Shown: positions 17,704-25,208 of the stretch, piece by piece
How positions within the stretch are numbered: position 1 is the stretch's first letter
Layout: the number at the start of each line of letters is the position of its first letter
From: Minisyncoccota bacterium
GTDB lineage: Bacteria > Patescibacteriota > Minisyncoccia > Phycocordibacterales > UBA918
Length of the DNA stretch: 50,993 nucleotides
Reading direction: 5' to 3'
Assembly (NCBI GenBank): GCA_017992505.1
Contig: JAGOON010000002.1
Span: 1 to 50,993 of the forward strand
Translations under genes and position numbers: made by a program
The notes under the pieces: generated by a model
Databases searched by the model: none
Seen by the model: the letters and a program-made list of their open reading frames with translations, nothing else
Told to the model about the DNA's origin: nothing

Positions 17704-17892
17704 TCACTCCTCACTATCTTTTTGGTGTGGTTCCAAAGGATTGCTTCTAAGCTTATCCACCAAGGTATGCGCAAATACGATATTCTCAGGTGGCTTCTTT
17801 TCAGAAGGAGGGCCGTTGGTGTCAGAGAATCCAAAGCAAGGTCCTTTCTGAGGTCTTATCGCCATTAAAATGATTTCTTCTTTTGTTTTCAT
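17704..17892 (-). CDS. Hypothetical small protein (62 aa)
   Basis: ATG preceded by GGGAGAAAG. Apparently translationally coupled to the 59-aa ORF downstream. Confidence 0.4.
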   Translation of the reverse strand: MKTKEEIILMAIRPQKGPCFGFSDTNGPPSEKKPPENIVFAHTLVDKLRSNPLEPHQKDSEE

Positions 17893-18011
17893 GATCTTTC
17901 TCCCGAGCTTGCCTCCGCCAGCTCTGTTTGAGTTGACGAAAGGCAGTGGAATTGCTGTCTTTCAGTATCAAATCACATCCTGAGAATATCTCAAGTTTTC
18001 ATAGGCTTTTG

Positions 18012-18230
18012 TACGGGGAATCGGTCAGGAGTCGATTTTTTTATATTCGTTCCACTCATAAAAAATATATCGCCCACGACCCTGGCTCGCGGTCTCGCTT
18101 TGCTCGACAGCGCTCCGCCTTTCGATTCCCCGACGCAAGCAAAGCAGTTTGCTTGCTTAGGATCACAGCTATTTTCAATAATAAAAGCGCCCTGACGGAC
18201 GCTTTTATTAAGAAAATATTCTGTGATCCT
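18012..18230. repeat. 219-bp direct repeat, copy B (trailer of the intact tRNA-Glu)
   Basis: See copy A. Contains the inverted T-arm word ttcgattccccg (18121-18132), the conserved hairpin (18135-18156), the arm aggatcacag (18159-18168), a terminator (18180-18209) and the arm ctgtgatcct (18221-18230). Confidence 0.9.
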
Positions 18231-18295
18231 ACGGGGAATCGAACCCCGATTTCCAGGATGAAAACCTGATGTCCTAACCGTTAGACGATAGGACC
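18224..18295 (-). tRNA. tRNA-Glu(UUC)
   Basis: 72 nt: GGTCCTATCGTCTAACGGTTAGGACATCAGGTTTTCATCCTGGAAATCGGGGTTCGATTCCCCGTAGGATCA. No CCA. Confidence 0.93.
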
Positions 18296-18574
18296 AAAAA
18301 TGCCCGTGTGACATTCCACCAATCAAATACATGATCTGGCTCGTTTTGCAGGGCGGTAGATGTGCTTGCCAGCAAGTCCGCAAAACGTGACCGAAATAAT
18401 AGCAGACTTTTGGAAAAATGCTAGTACTCCACATCTTCCCACAGGGAAGAGAGTGAGCTTTATAATTAAGGTTGGTATACTGCTGAAAGTACCTTTCAAG
18501 GCTTATCTATAAGCTTTCTCTCTCATTCTCACTAAGCATTTATACACGACGTTTTCCCAGCTTTACCCCCACAG

Positions 18575-18606
18575 TTATACCTCGGTTATGCACAGAGTTA
18601 TACCCA
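18575..18606 (+). promoter_or_regulatory. Three tandem TTAT(A/G)C(A/C)(C/T) boxes at 11-12 bp spacing
   Basis: ttatacctc (18575), ttatgcaca (18586) and ttataccca (18598), plus ttatacacg at 18539. All are in the same orientation within a 460-bp ORF-free region. Confidence 0.4.
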
Positions 18607-18758
18607 GATAGGCCTTTTCAGGCCACTTTCCATATGTATTGACTATTTTTGCTCGTATGAGAACCTAGTAGTAGGTTTGCGGGGTGGTGAAGTATGTTAA
18701 TACTCAGCTCGAGGCTACGAGCAAATGCCCGCAGACCGAAGCTCTACGTTGTACAAAA

Positions 18759-18785
18759 ACAAAGGCGCCTACTCGGCGCCTTTGT
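18759..18785 (-). terminator. Intrinsic terminator downstream of trxB
   Basis: acaaaggcgcc-tactc-ggcgcctttgt. A U-run follows on the minus-strand transcript. Confidence 0.8.
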
Positions 18786-18825
18786 TGTAATTTTAAAAGG
18801 GGCACCATGAGGTGCTCTTTTTAAA

Positions 18826-19752
18826 TTAGTGTGCCTTGAGAGTAACGTAGATGTCCTCAAGGGCGCGGACGGCGTCACCAGCGGCGATATTGTTCTGGTG
18901 GTACTTTACATTGGTACAGTCACCTGCGGCCCAGATATTGGTAGCTGAGGTCTTTTGTGTCCAGGGGTCAATGACGATGCGATTGTATGCATCTCGCTCC
19001 ACGACGTCAGCAACAAAGTCAGTGTTTGGGAGCATGCCGATCTCTACGAAAATTCCACTCACTGCAAGAGAATGAAATTCACCAGTCTCGGTGTTTTTGT
19101 AGGTGAGACCAGAAACGAATTTTTCACCAGAGATTTCCGTGGTTTCTGCATTGAGAATACCGTTCATGTTTGGATGAGAGAGAACCTTCTCAACAGTGAC
19201 GGGGTCGGCCTTGTAGGCGGGGCCGTTATTAAGAAGTGTCACGCTCTTGGTATAGGCAAGAAGTTGTGCAGCCGTTTCAAAACCAGCATTGCCACCACCA
19301 ATCACCGCAACGTCCTGTCCTGCGAAAATAGGGCCATCACAGCTGGCACAGTAGGTGAGGCCTTTGTGTTCAAAGGTGTCGGCATTTTGAGCGCTAAGGC
19401 GACGACGGTTTGAGCCAGCAGTAATAAGGACAGCCTTGGTCTGGTGGATACTTCCGTCTGAAAGTGTGGCTTCGTAGGTACCATTTTCATTCTTGGAAAG
19501 CTTGGTAATAATTTGATTTCCAATGATATCTACAAACTCACCTGCATATGCTTCAAGATGAGACTTAAGACTCTTGGCCAAGTCACTCCCACTAATTGAA
19601 GGGGTACCAATCCAGTTTTGAATGTCGGTTGAGACAGTGCTTTGGCCACCCCATTCTTTAGTAACGAAAAGCGTTTTCAGTTGCTTGCGTGAGGCGTAGA
19701 CGCCAGCTGCTGTTCCAGCTGGACCGCCACCAATAATTAAAAGTTCGTACAT
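18826..19752 (-). CDS. trxB: Thioredoxin-disulfide reductase
   Basis: 308 aa with an FAD motif (IIGGGPAG), redox motif CASCDG and an NADPH motif (VIGGGNAG). Confidence 0.9.
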   Translation of the reverse strand: MYELLIIGGGPAGTAAGVYASRKQLKTLFVTKEWGGQSTVSTDIQNWIGTPSISGSDLAKSLKSHLEAYAGEFVDIIGNQIITKLSKNENGTYEATLSDGSIHQTKAVLITAGSNRRRLSAQNADTFEHKGLTYCASCDGPIFAGQDVAVIGGGNAGFETAAQLLAYTKSVTLLNNGPAYKADPVTVEKVLSHPNMNGILNAETTEISGEKFVSGLTYKNTETGEFHSLAVSGIFVEIGMLPNTDFVADVVERDAYNRIVIDPWTQKTSATNIWAAGDCTNVKYHQNNIAAGDAVRALEDIYVTLKAH

Positions 19753-19854
19753 TATTCTAAATTAATTTAAAGTTTGACTATCATAGCAGAGTTGAGGAGG
19801 TGAGTAAAAACATCCGCCTGGGCTAAGACATGGGACATTCTGAACGAACTAGTT

Positions 19855-19891
19855 AAAAGACGGACGGCGCCTCCGGCGCCGTCCGTCTTTT
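19855..19891 (-). terminator. Intrinsic terminator downstream of ftsZ
   Basis: 17-bp stem aaaagacggacggcgcc / ggcgccgtccgtctttt. Confidence 0.85.
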
Positions 19892-19912
19892 AGTCATAGT
19901 CTCTGAAAGAAA

Positions 19913-21160
19913 TTATTTCAGCTTTGAGCGACGGAGGAAAGCTGGAACCGCACCCCAATCATCCTCATCTTCTGTATCTTCTGTTTGGTCAATCGGTTTT
20001 GGTTCGCGACGTGGGATGTCATTATGAATCGCGTTTGGGGTTGGGGTGGGGGTTGGTTCAGGAGTACGTTCTTCGGCTTTACGTGGAAGTGAATTGAATA
20101 TCTTTCCGCGTGATGGTGCTTCTTCTTCAACTTCACGTTCTGGAGTAGCTTGTTGCATCGGTGCTTGGCGAGTGATGTGGTTTCGGCTCATTCCTCCAAC
20201 ACTCTCTTCAGGGAAGCCGGTTGCGATTACGGTGACTTTGATTTCATTCTTCTTTAGTTTGTCGTCACGAATCGCTCCGAAGATCACCTTGGCGTGTGAG
20301 TCGATTGATTCTGTAATAACACGAGCGGCATCTTGAATTTCGAGCATTCCTAGGTCGTCTCCACCTGCAATGGCAAAGAGTACACCCTTGGCTCCTGTGA
20401 TAGAGACTTCAAGGAGTGGGGAATTGATAGCAGAACGAGCAGCTTCTTCCGCACGCTTTTCGCCAGAAGAGACACCAACACCCATGAGCGCCGAACCAGC
20501 ATTTTCCATGACTGAACGGATGTCTGCAAAGTCGACGTTGATGATACCTGGCATGGTGATGAGGTCTGAGATACCCTCTACTGCCTGCTTAAGTACATTG
20601 TCACACTGCTCAAAGGCATTCTTCACAGTGGTCTCCTTATCGACGATAGCGAGAAGACGGTCGTTTGGAATGGTGATAAGTGCGTCTACCTCTTTTTTGA
20701 GCTCCTCGATACCTTGGAGTGCCATACGCATACGTTCTTGTCCTTCAAAAAGGAAAGGTTTAGTTACGACACCTACCGTGAGGGCGCCAGTCTCGCGTGC
20801 GATCTTCGCAATTACAGGAGCAGAACCAGTTCCAGTTCCACCGCCCATACCGCCAGTGATGAAGACCATGTCTGAACCTTTGATAGCGTTTGCGATTTCT
20901 TCACGAGTTTCTTCGGCAGCGCGACGACCCATGTCAGGGTTACCTCCAGCACCAAGTCCACGAGTGAGGTTTTTTCCAATGTGAATCTTTTTCTTTGCAA
21001 GAGAGTTGTGGAGGTCTTGCGCGTCACTATTGACGGCGATAAATTCCACACCTTTCACCTTTGAGTTCACCATGTAGTTCACTGCGTTTCCGCCTGAACC
21101 ACCAGCACCGACGACACGAATACGTGCGAAGGATTCAACGTCTGATTTAATTTGTTCCAT
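19913..21160 (-). CDS. ftsZ: Cell division protein FtsZ
   Basis: 415 aa with the tubulin signature GGGTGTG. The Pro/Thr/Glu-rich linker ([11 protein letters not shown]) is followed by a conserved C-terminal peptide ([11 protein letters not shown]). Confidence 0.97.
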   Translation of the reverse strand: MEQIKSDVESFARIRVVGAGGSGGNAVNYMVNSKVKGVEFIAVNSDAQDLHNSLAKKKIHIGKNLTRGLGAGGNPDMGRRAAEETREEIANAIKGSDMVFITGGMGGGTGTGSAPVIAKIARETGALTVGVVTKPFLFEGQERMRMALQGIEELKKEVDALITIPNDRLLAIVDKETTVKNAFEQCDNVLKQAVEGISDLITMPGIINVDFADIRSVMENAGSALMGVGVSSGEKRAEEAARSAINSPLLEVSITGAKGVLFAIAGGDDLGMLEIQDAARVITESIDSHAKVIFGAIRDDKLKKNEIKVTVIATGFPEESVGGMSRNHITRQAPMQQATPEREVEEEAPSRGKIFNSLPRKAEERTPEPTPTPTPNAIHNDIPRREPKPIDQTEDTEDEDDWGAVPAFLRRSKLK

Positions 21161-21300
21161 ACTGTATTAATTTGTCTTTCTACAATCTACCCACCCCTGA
21201 GTGAATGTATCTAGTAACTGTGACATCATACACGCGTAAAAATCATCTGTCACGATATTGACATTCCTAGGTTTCGTGCGATTGACAAGTATCAAAAATG

Positions 21301-22470
21301 TTACGGGAGGAACTGTGAGAGCCAAGACAAGAAGGTATGTTTTGTGTGTTTTACAATACCGAGTGTCGAGGTTTCCTCGGTGTCACTCGCTCCCCACATA
21401 CAGAGTCCGTAGGCGACTGCCCATGAGGCGTCACGGACTTTTATGTTCTTTCCAATCTCAAGTGCCGCAGTACGAGCGGGAAGTTCAAGAGCGTTCTTGG
21501 CGACGTCGACAGTCTGTGGGAGGTTGGCACCACCGCCAGTCAAAATAACACCAGCTGGCAAGAGGCCGTCGCGCTTAATTTTCTTAAGGTGATTGTCGAT
21601 GAGATCAAAGATGCCTTTGAGTCGTTCAGAGACGATTTCGTCAACACGTTTTTTGGAGAAGGTAGCGCTCGTCATGGCGCCACGTTTGATCTTCTCGGCG
21701 TCCTCAAGAGGGACCCGCAAGCCAAGAGCGAGGTCGTTGGTGATATCACTTGAACCAACCGGAAAGATTTTTACAGAAATAGGAGTCGAATCCTCGAAGA
21801 CTACAATTGAGGTGGTTTCAGCGCCGATATTGGTAAGAACACAGCCAGCACGCTTTTGCGCTTTTGAAAGGAGTACGAAGCTTGCGGCTAAAGGCGAGGC
21901 AATAACATCTTCGACGTAAATACCAAGACCTTCAATGGTCTTGATAAGGTCGCTCACGTGCTGTTCGTAGGTGGTGATAAAAAGGCTGTCGACTTCGAGC
22001 TTGGTACCTTTGAGTCCTTGTGGACGACCAAGTACCTCAGCGCCGTCGATAGCGTAGCGAAGGGGAATGCCGTGAAGAATTCGACGATTGGGAATTCGGT
22101 CTACAACCCGCTCCTCACTATCTTGCATGAGTTTGTCGAGGTCAGCTGTGGTGACTTCTGAGTCGGCTCGGCTGGGGATGATTTCTCCATGTGAATACAT
22201 TTCTTCGAGTCCGATACTACCAATTGCGACGTGTGCACGCTTCACGGTCACTCCAGCCGATTTCTCGGCCTGTATAAGGGCACTTTTGATGCTACGTGCT
22301 ACGTCGGCATCGTGCATGATGTAGCCACTTCTAAGGCCACGGCTTTCGGCGAGTCCAGTACCAATGATTTCAGGTTTTGTACCAGCGCCTGCATTTTTGG
22401 GGATACGAGCAATAGCCACCTTCACATGGAAAGTTCCAACATCGATACCGGTGATAATATGCTCTGACAT
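21301..22470 (-). CDS. ftsA: Cell division protein FtsA
   Basis: 389 aa actin-fold ATPase (GIDVGT, LTGGGANL) lying immediately upstream of ftsZ. Confidence 0.9.
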   Translation of the reverse strand: MSEHIITGIDVGTFHVKVAIARIPKNAGAGTKPEIIGTGLAESRGLRSGYIMHDADVARSIKSALIQAEKSAGVTVKRAHVAIGSIGLEEMYSHGEIIPSRADSEVTTADLDKLMQDSEERVVDRIPNRRILHGIPLRYAIDGAEVLGRPQGLKGTKLEVDSLFITTYEQHVSDLIKTIEGLGIYVEDVIASPLAASFVLLSKAQKRAGCVLTNIGAETTSIVVFEDSTPISVKIFPVGSSDITNDLALGLRVPLEDAEKIKRGAMTSATFSKKRVDEIVSERLKGIFDLIDNHLKKIKRDGLLPAGVILTGGGANLPQTVDVAKNALELPARTAALEIGKNIKVRDASWAVAYGLCMWGASDTEETSTLGIVKHTKHTFLSWLSQFLP

Positions 22471-22475
22471 TTATA

Positions 22476-22856
22476 TTAGGTGATTTTGAACTGGCGCACA
22501 TACTTCTGCTCCAATCTGTCCATTGTATCCCCATGGTCATGGCCTTTCAAATGGACACAACCGTGGATAAACAAATAAGCGATGTATCCGTCGACAGAAA
22601 GATTAAAATCCTTTGCTTGTTTTTTGGCGACCATAGGACAAATGATGATCTCTCCTGTGTGTGCATCAAGTGGGAACGACAGTACGTTAGGGACGTAGTC
22701 TTTCTTTCGATATTGGATATTAAAGCTCTGTGCTCGCGTCTTGCCGACGAAACTAAGTGAAAGCACGTACTGTTTTCCAAGGATGGTGTTCTTGATGGTT
22801 TCGTACGGCCACTTCGGGTAGGTGGTGATGGTGCTAGAAGTGGAGAAGGTAGTCAT
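22476..22856 (-). CDS. ybeY: rRNA maturation endoribonuclease YbeY
   Basis: 126 aa with the zinc motif HGCVHLKGHDH. Confidence 0.85.
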   Translation of the reverse strand: MTTFSTSSTITTYPKWPYETIKNTILGKQYVLSLSFVGKTRAQSFNIQYRKKDYVPNVLSFPLDAHTGEIIICPMVAKKQAKDFNLSVDGYIAYLFIHGCVHLKGHDHGDTMDRLEQKYVRQFKIT

Positions 22857-22888
22857 ATGTGTTTCCTATTATACATATATGTAGCGAC

Positions 22889-22921
22889 AAAAAACCGCCG
22901 GTATGCACCAGCGGTTTTTTT
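22889..22921 (-). terminator. Intrinsic terminator downstream of rpsU
   Basis: aaaaaaccgc...gcggtttttt. Confidence 0.75.
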
Positions 22922-22929
22922 GTTTGCGA

Positions 22930-23172
22930 TTATCGACGAGGACGACGTTCTTGTACCTTACCAAGCTTGACCATCTTTTCGTAAACTTCACGTTTTCCGA
23001 GCTTCTTGAGCTTTGCGAAACGTTGAACATTTCGGCTCTTGATGCGGGTGAAGTAACGTCCAGAACGTACCTTTGGAACAATTCCTGCTCCCTGGACACG
23101 CTTAGTAAAACGACGAATGACGTTCGCGCTACTCTCGTTGTTATTCTTTGTTACTTGAACATTGGTTGCCAT
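22930..23172 (-). CDS. rpsU: 30S ribosomal protein S21
   Basis: 80 aa from the ATG at 23172 (MATNVQV...). Highly basic, with the S21-like core RRFTKRVQGAGIVPKVRSGRYF. Confidence 0.8.
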   Translation of the reverse strand: MATNVQVTKNNNESSANVIRRFTKRVQGAGIVPKVRSGRYFTRIKSRNVQRFAKLKKLGKREVYEKMVKLGKVQERRPRR

Positions 23173-23217
23173 ATGTGGGCATGAGAATACCATAGAGCCC
23201 ACTTTGGCGCAAGGGTT

Positions 23218-24384
23218 TTAGGCGACAACGGAGCCTTGCTTTTTGAGTCGCTTAACGACATTTGTTTGATCTACGAATTCTTGGTTTCGGATATTCAAAT
23301 CTCGTAATATAACGGTATTTTCCACGAACTCCTTTTGACCAATAATTACCGCGTAGCGAATACCCCGATTTTCGGCATCACGGAGCTGGGCTGAGAGAGA
23401 ATCACTTGCGAGATTGTGCATGACAGGAATACCAGCGAGGCGAAGCTCATCAATAAGCATAAGACTGCGGATTTTTGGACCGAAACCAAGATGTACTACG
23501 TACACTGATGGGGTGCTTGTTTTTGCGCGCGGAAGACGGCTCGGAGTTTTGTTGTTTTTGAAGACAACCACCGCACCAGCTGCGGATGTTTTGCTCTTGG
23601 TGTTTCGTTGGACGAATTCATTAAAGCGACCGCCTCGGATAGTCAGGGGAGCAGGAATACCGTCTTCTGTCGCGATATCAAGTGAGAAAATAGCGTCTGA
23701 ATAGTATTCGTGATGACCGAGCATTTTTGAGTCAATTTCGTATGGAGTTTCGCTCATATCTAAATATTCAATAATTTCTCGGAAATGCTTGCGACTACCA
23801 TCACTCAAGAACTCAAGTGGGCTGGGACTACGGTGGGCAAGGTCGTGATTGGTTTCAACTAAATTAGAAAGCGCTGAAAGAGGGTGTTCCTTCATGAGTT
23901 CACGGGCAGCTGGGGGCATATGATCAAGGCGTTTCTTGAGGTAGTTGGTTACTTCTCGAGTGTAACGGGTAACAGAATCGCGGTCGCCGAGGGAATTTAT
24001 ACGAACAGTATGATCGGTGTGCCCAAGTTCATTTGCAAGAGCACGAGTGACTTGGATAAGTATTGCTTCAGCGATACTTCGTTCGACATTAAAAATGTGG
24101 AATGTGATAGCTGGTTCACCTGTTCGGGGCATTTGCTCAATTGTATAGAGGAGTACTGGCTCACCAAGCGCGTGAAGTTTTTCCTCACAGTAGGCGATAA
24201 TACCGTTACTTAGAAGTCCGCTATGAGAATCAGTCTTTTTATTATTTCCTGTAATCGTGTGGGGGAGTGAGGTCATACAGTCCTTGCAAGCAGGATGCTT
24301 CTTCAGTTGTTCAATCGTCTGAAACCCATAGTGTTCGGCGGTGTGGTGCGCGACCTTCAAAAATTCAGTTGGTGAGTATGACAT
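23218..24384 (-). CDS. hisS: Histidyl-tRNA synthetase family protein, divergent (HisS/HisZ-like)
   Basis: 388 aa. Aligns by eye to the HisRS core (INSLGD, HEYY, RGGRFNEF) and has a C-terminal HGTP-type anticodon-binding domain. Class II motif 2 and the His-binding arginines are not conserved (see finding). Confidence 0.65.
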   Translation of the reverse strand: MSYSPTEFLKVAHHTAEHYGFQTIEQLKKHPACKDCMTSLPHTITGNNKKTDSHSGLLSNGIIAYCEEKLHALGEPVLLYTIEQMPRTGEPAITFHIFNVERSIAEAILIQVTRALANELGHTDHTVRINSLGDRDSVTRYTREVTNYLKKRLDHMPPAARELMKEHPLSALSNLVETNHDLAHRSPSPLEFLSDGSRKHFREIIEYLDMSETPYEIDSKMLGHHEYYSDAIFSLDIATEDGIPAPLTIRGGRFNEFVQRNTKSKTSAAGAVVVFKNNKTPSRLPRAKTSTPSVYVVHLGFGPKIRSLMLIDELRLAGIPVMHNLASDSLSAQLRDAENRGIRYAVIIGQKEFVENTVILRDLNIRNQEFVDQTNVVKRLKKQGSVVA

Positions 24385-24395
24385 GAACGTACGAT

Positions 24396-25028
24396 TTACT
24401 TGGAACTAATAATTGGATCAGCTGCTCCAGGAAGGTAGTCAATGACCGTCGGTGGAAACAAACGTATCCAAGCTCGGCCAATGATCCGTTCTTCCTGGAG
24501 AACGCCCCATACTCGTGAGTCTGAGCTCTCGTCGCGGTTGTCTCCCATAACGAAGTACTCTCGATCTCCAAGTGTCTCCGTCATTTTGGCTGCGGGGGGC
24601 ATAGTTTCGGCGTACGGTTCTTCGAGGGTAAAACCTTCAGGATTGGCTTCGTTTGAAATGGTAACAATGCCGTCTTTAATAAGAATAGTGTCTCCTGGTA
24701 CGCCAATTACTCGCTTGATGAAAAATTTTGAAGGGTCACGTGGGTAGCGGAAAATGATGACATCACCTCGGGCTGGTCCGTGAAGGTGGTAACTTACTTG
24801 GTCCACAATGAGGTATTCACCACTATGGAAAGTGGTCTCCATAGAAGCACCAGACACAATAAATGGCTGAGCAACAAACATGCGGATTGGTATCACAATG
24901 AGGAGGGCAATAATCGAAAAACGAATTATTTCGGTCAGTGGATGCTCACCATTCTCAATAACAGTTTCATCAACCTCAATAATATCTGTTTTTTTGTTTG
25001 AGAAGATAGACATAGCACTACGATGCAA
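24396..25028 (-). CDS. lepB: Signal peptidase I
   Basis: 210 aa. N-terminal TM helix, catalytic Ser box SGASME, and boxes GDNRDESSDSR and RAWIRLFP. An alternative start lies at 25013. Confidence 0.9.
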   Translation of the reverse strand: MHRSAMSIFSNKKTDIIEVDETVIENGEHPLTEIIRFSIIALLIVIPIRMFVAQPFIVSGASMETTFHSGEYLIVDQVSYHLHGPARGDVIIFRYPRDPSKFFIKRVIGVPGDTILIKDGIVTISNEANPEGFTLEEPYAETMPPAAKMTETLGDREYFVMGDNRDESSDSRVWGVLQEERIIGRAWIRLFPPTVIDYLPGAADPIISSK

Positions 25029-25151
25029 AGCATTATACGAAAATTAAATCAGCAACACAAACTTTCGTATCATTTTTTAAAATTGTGACATGAATTTTTT
25101 ATAACGTAAGTTATTGACTTTAGAAATTTTTTTCTAACGGTACGTAAAATA

Positions 25152-25194
25152 AAGAAAAGCAGAGCGTGGGCTTCGCTCACGCTCTGCTTTTCTT
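25152..25194. terminator. Perfect 17-bp hairpin between divergent lepB and pth
   Basis: aagaaaagcagagcgtg-ggcttcgct-cacgctctgcttttctt. It abuts the pth -10 box. Confidence 0.5.
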
Positions 25195-25195
25195 G

Positions 25196-25201
25196 TATAC
25201 T
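25196..25201 (+). promoter_or_regulatory. -10-like TATACT, 7 nt upstream of the pth ATG
   Basis: TATACT-gctcata-ATG with no SD. Confidence 0.4.
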
Positions 25202-25208
25202 GCTCATA

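Noticed and set aside
17991-18434. 147-aa minus-strand ORF
   Set aside because: It runs through tRNA-Glu and its trailer repeat, so it is not coding.
18300-18760. Replication origin (oriC) call for the box-containing ORF-free region
   Set aside because: There is no dnaA or dnaN nearby, no obvious AT-rich unwinding element next to the boxes, and gene orientation does not switch here. It is kept only as a binding-site array in the findings.
20370-20984. 204-aa ORF on the plus strand, antisense to ftsZ
   Set aside because: It lies entirely inside the strongly supported ftsZ CDS. Its composition is Ser/Pro/Arg-rich and low complexity, typical of a shadow frame, and it has no start context.
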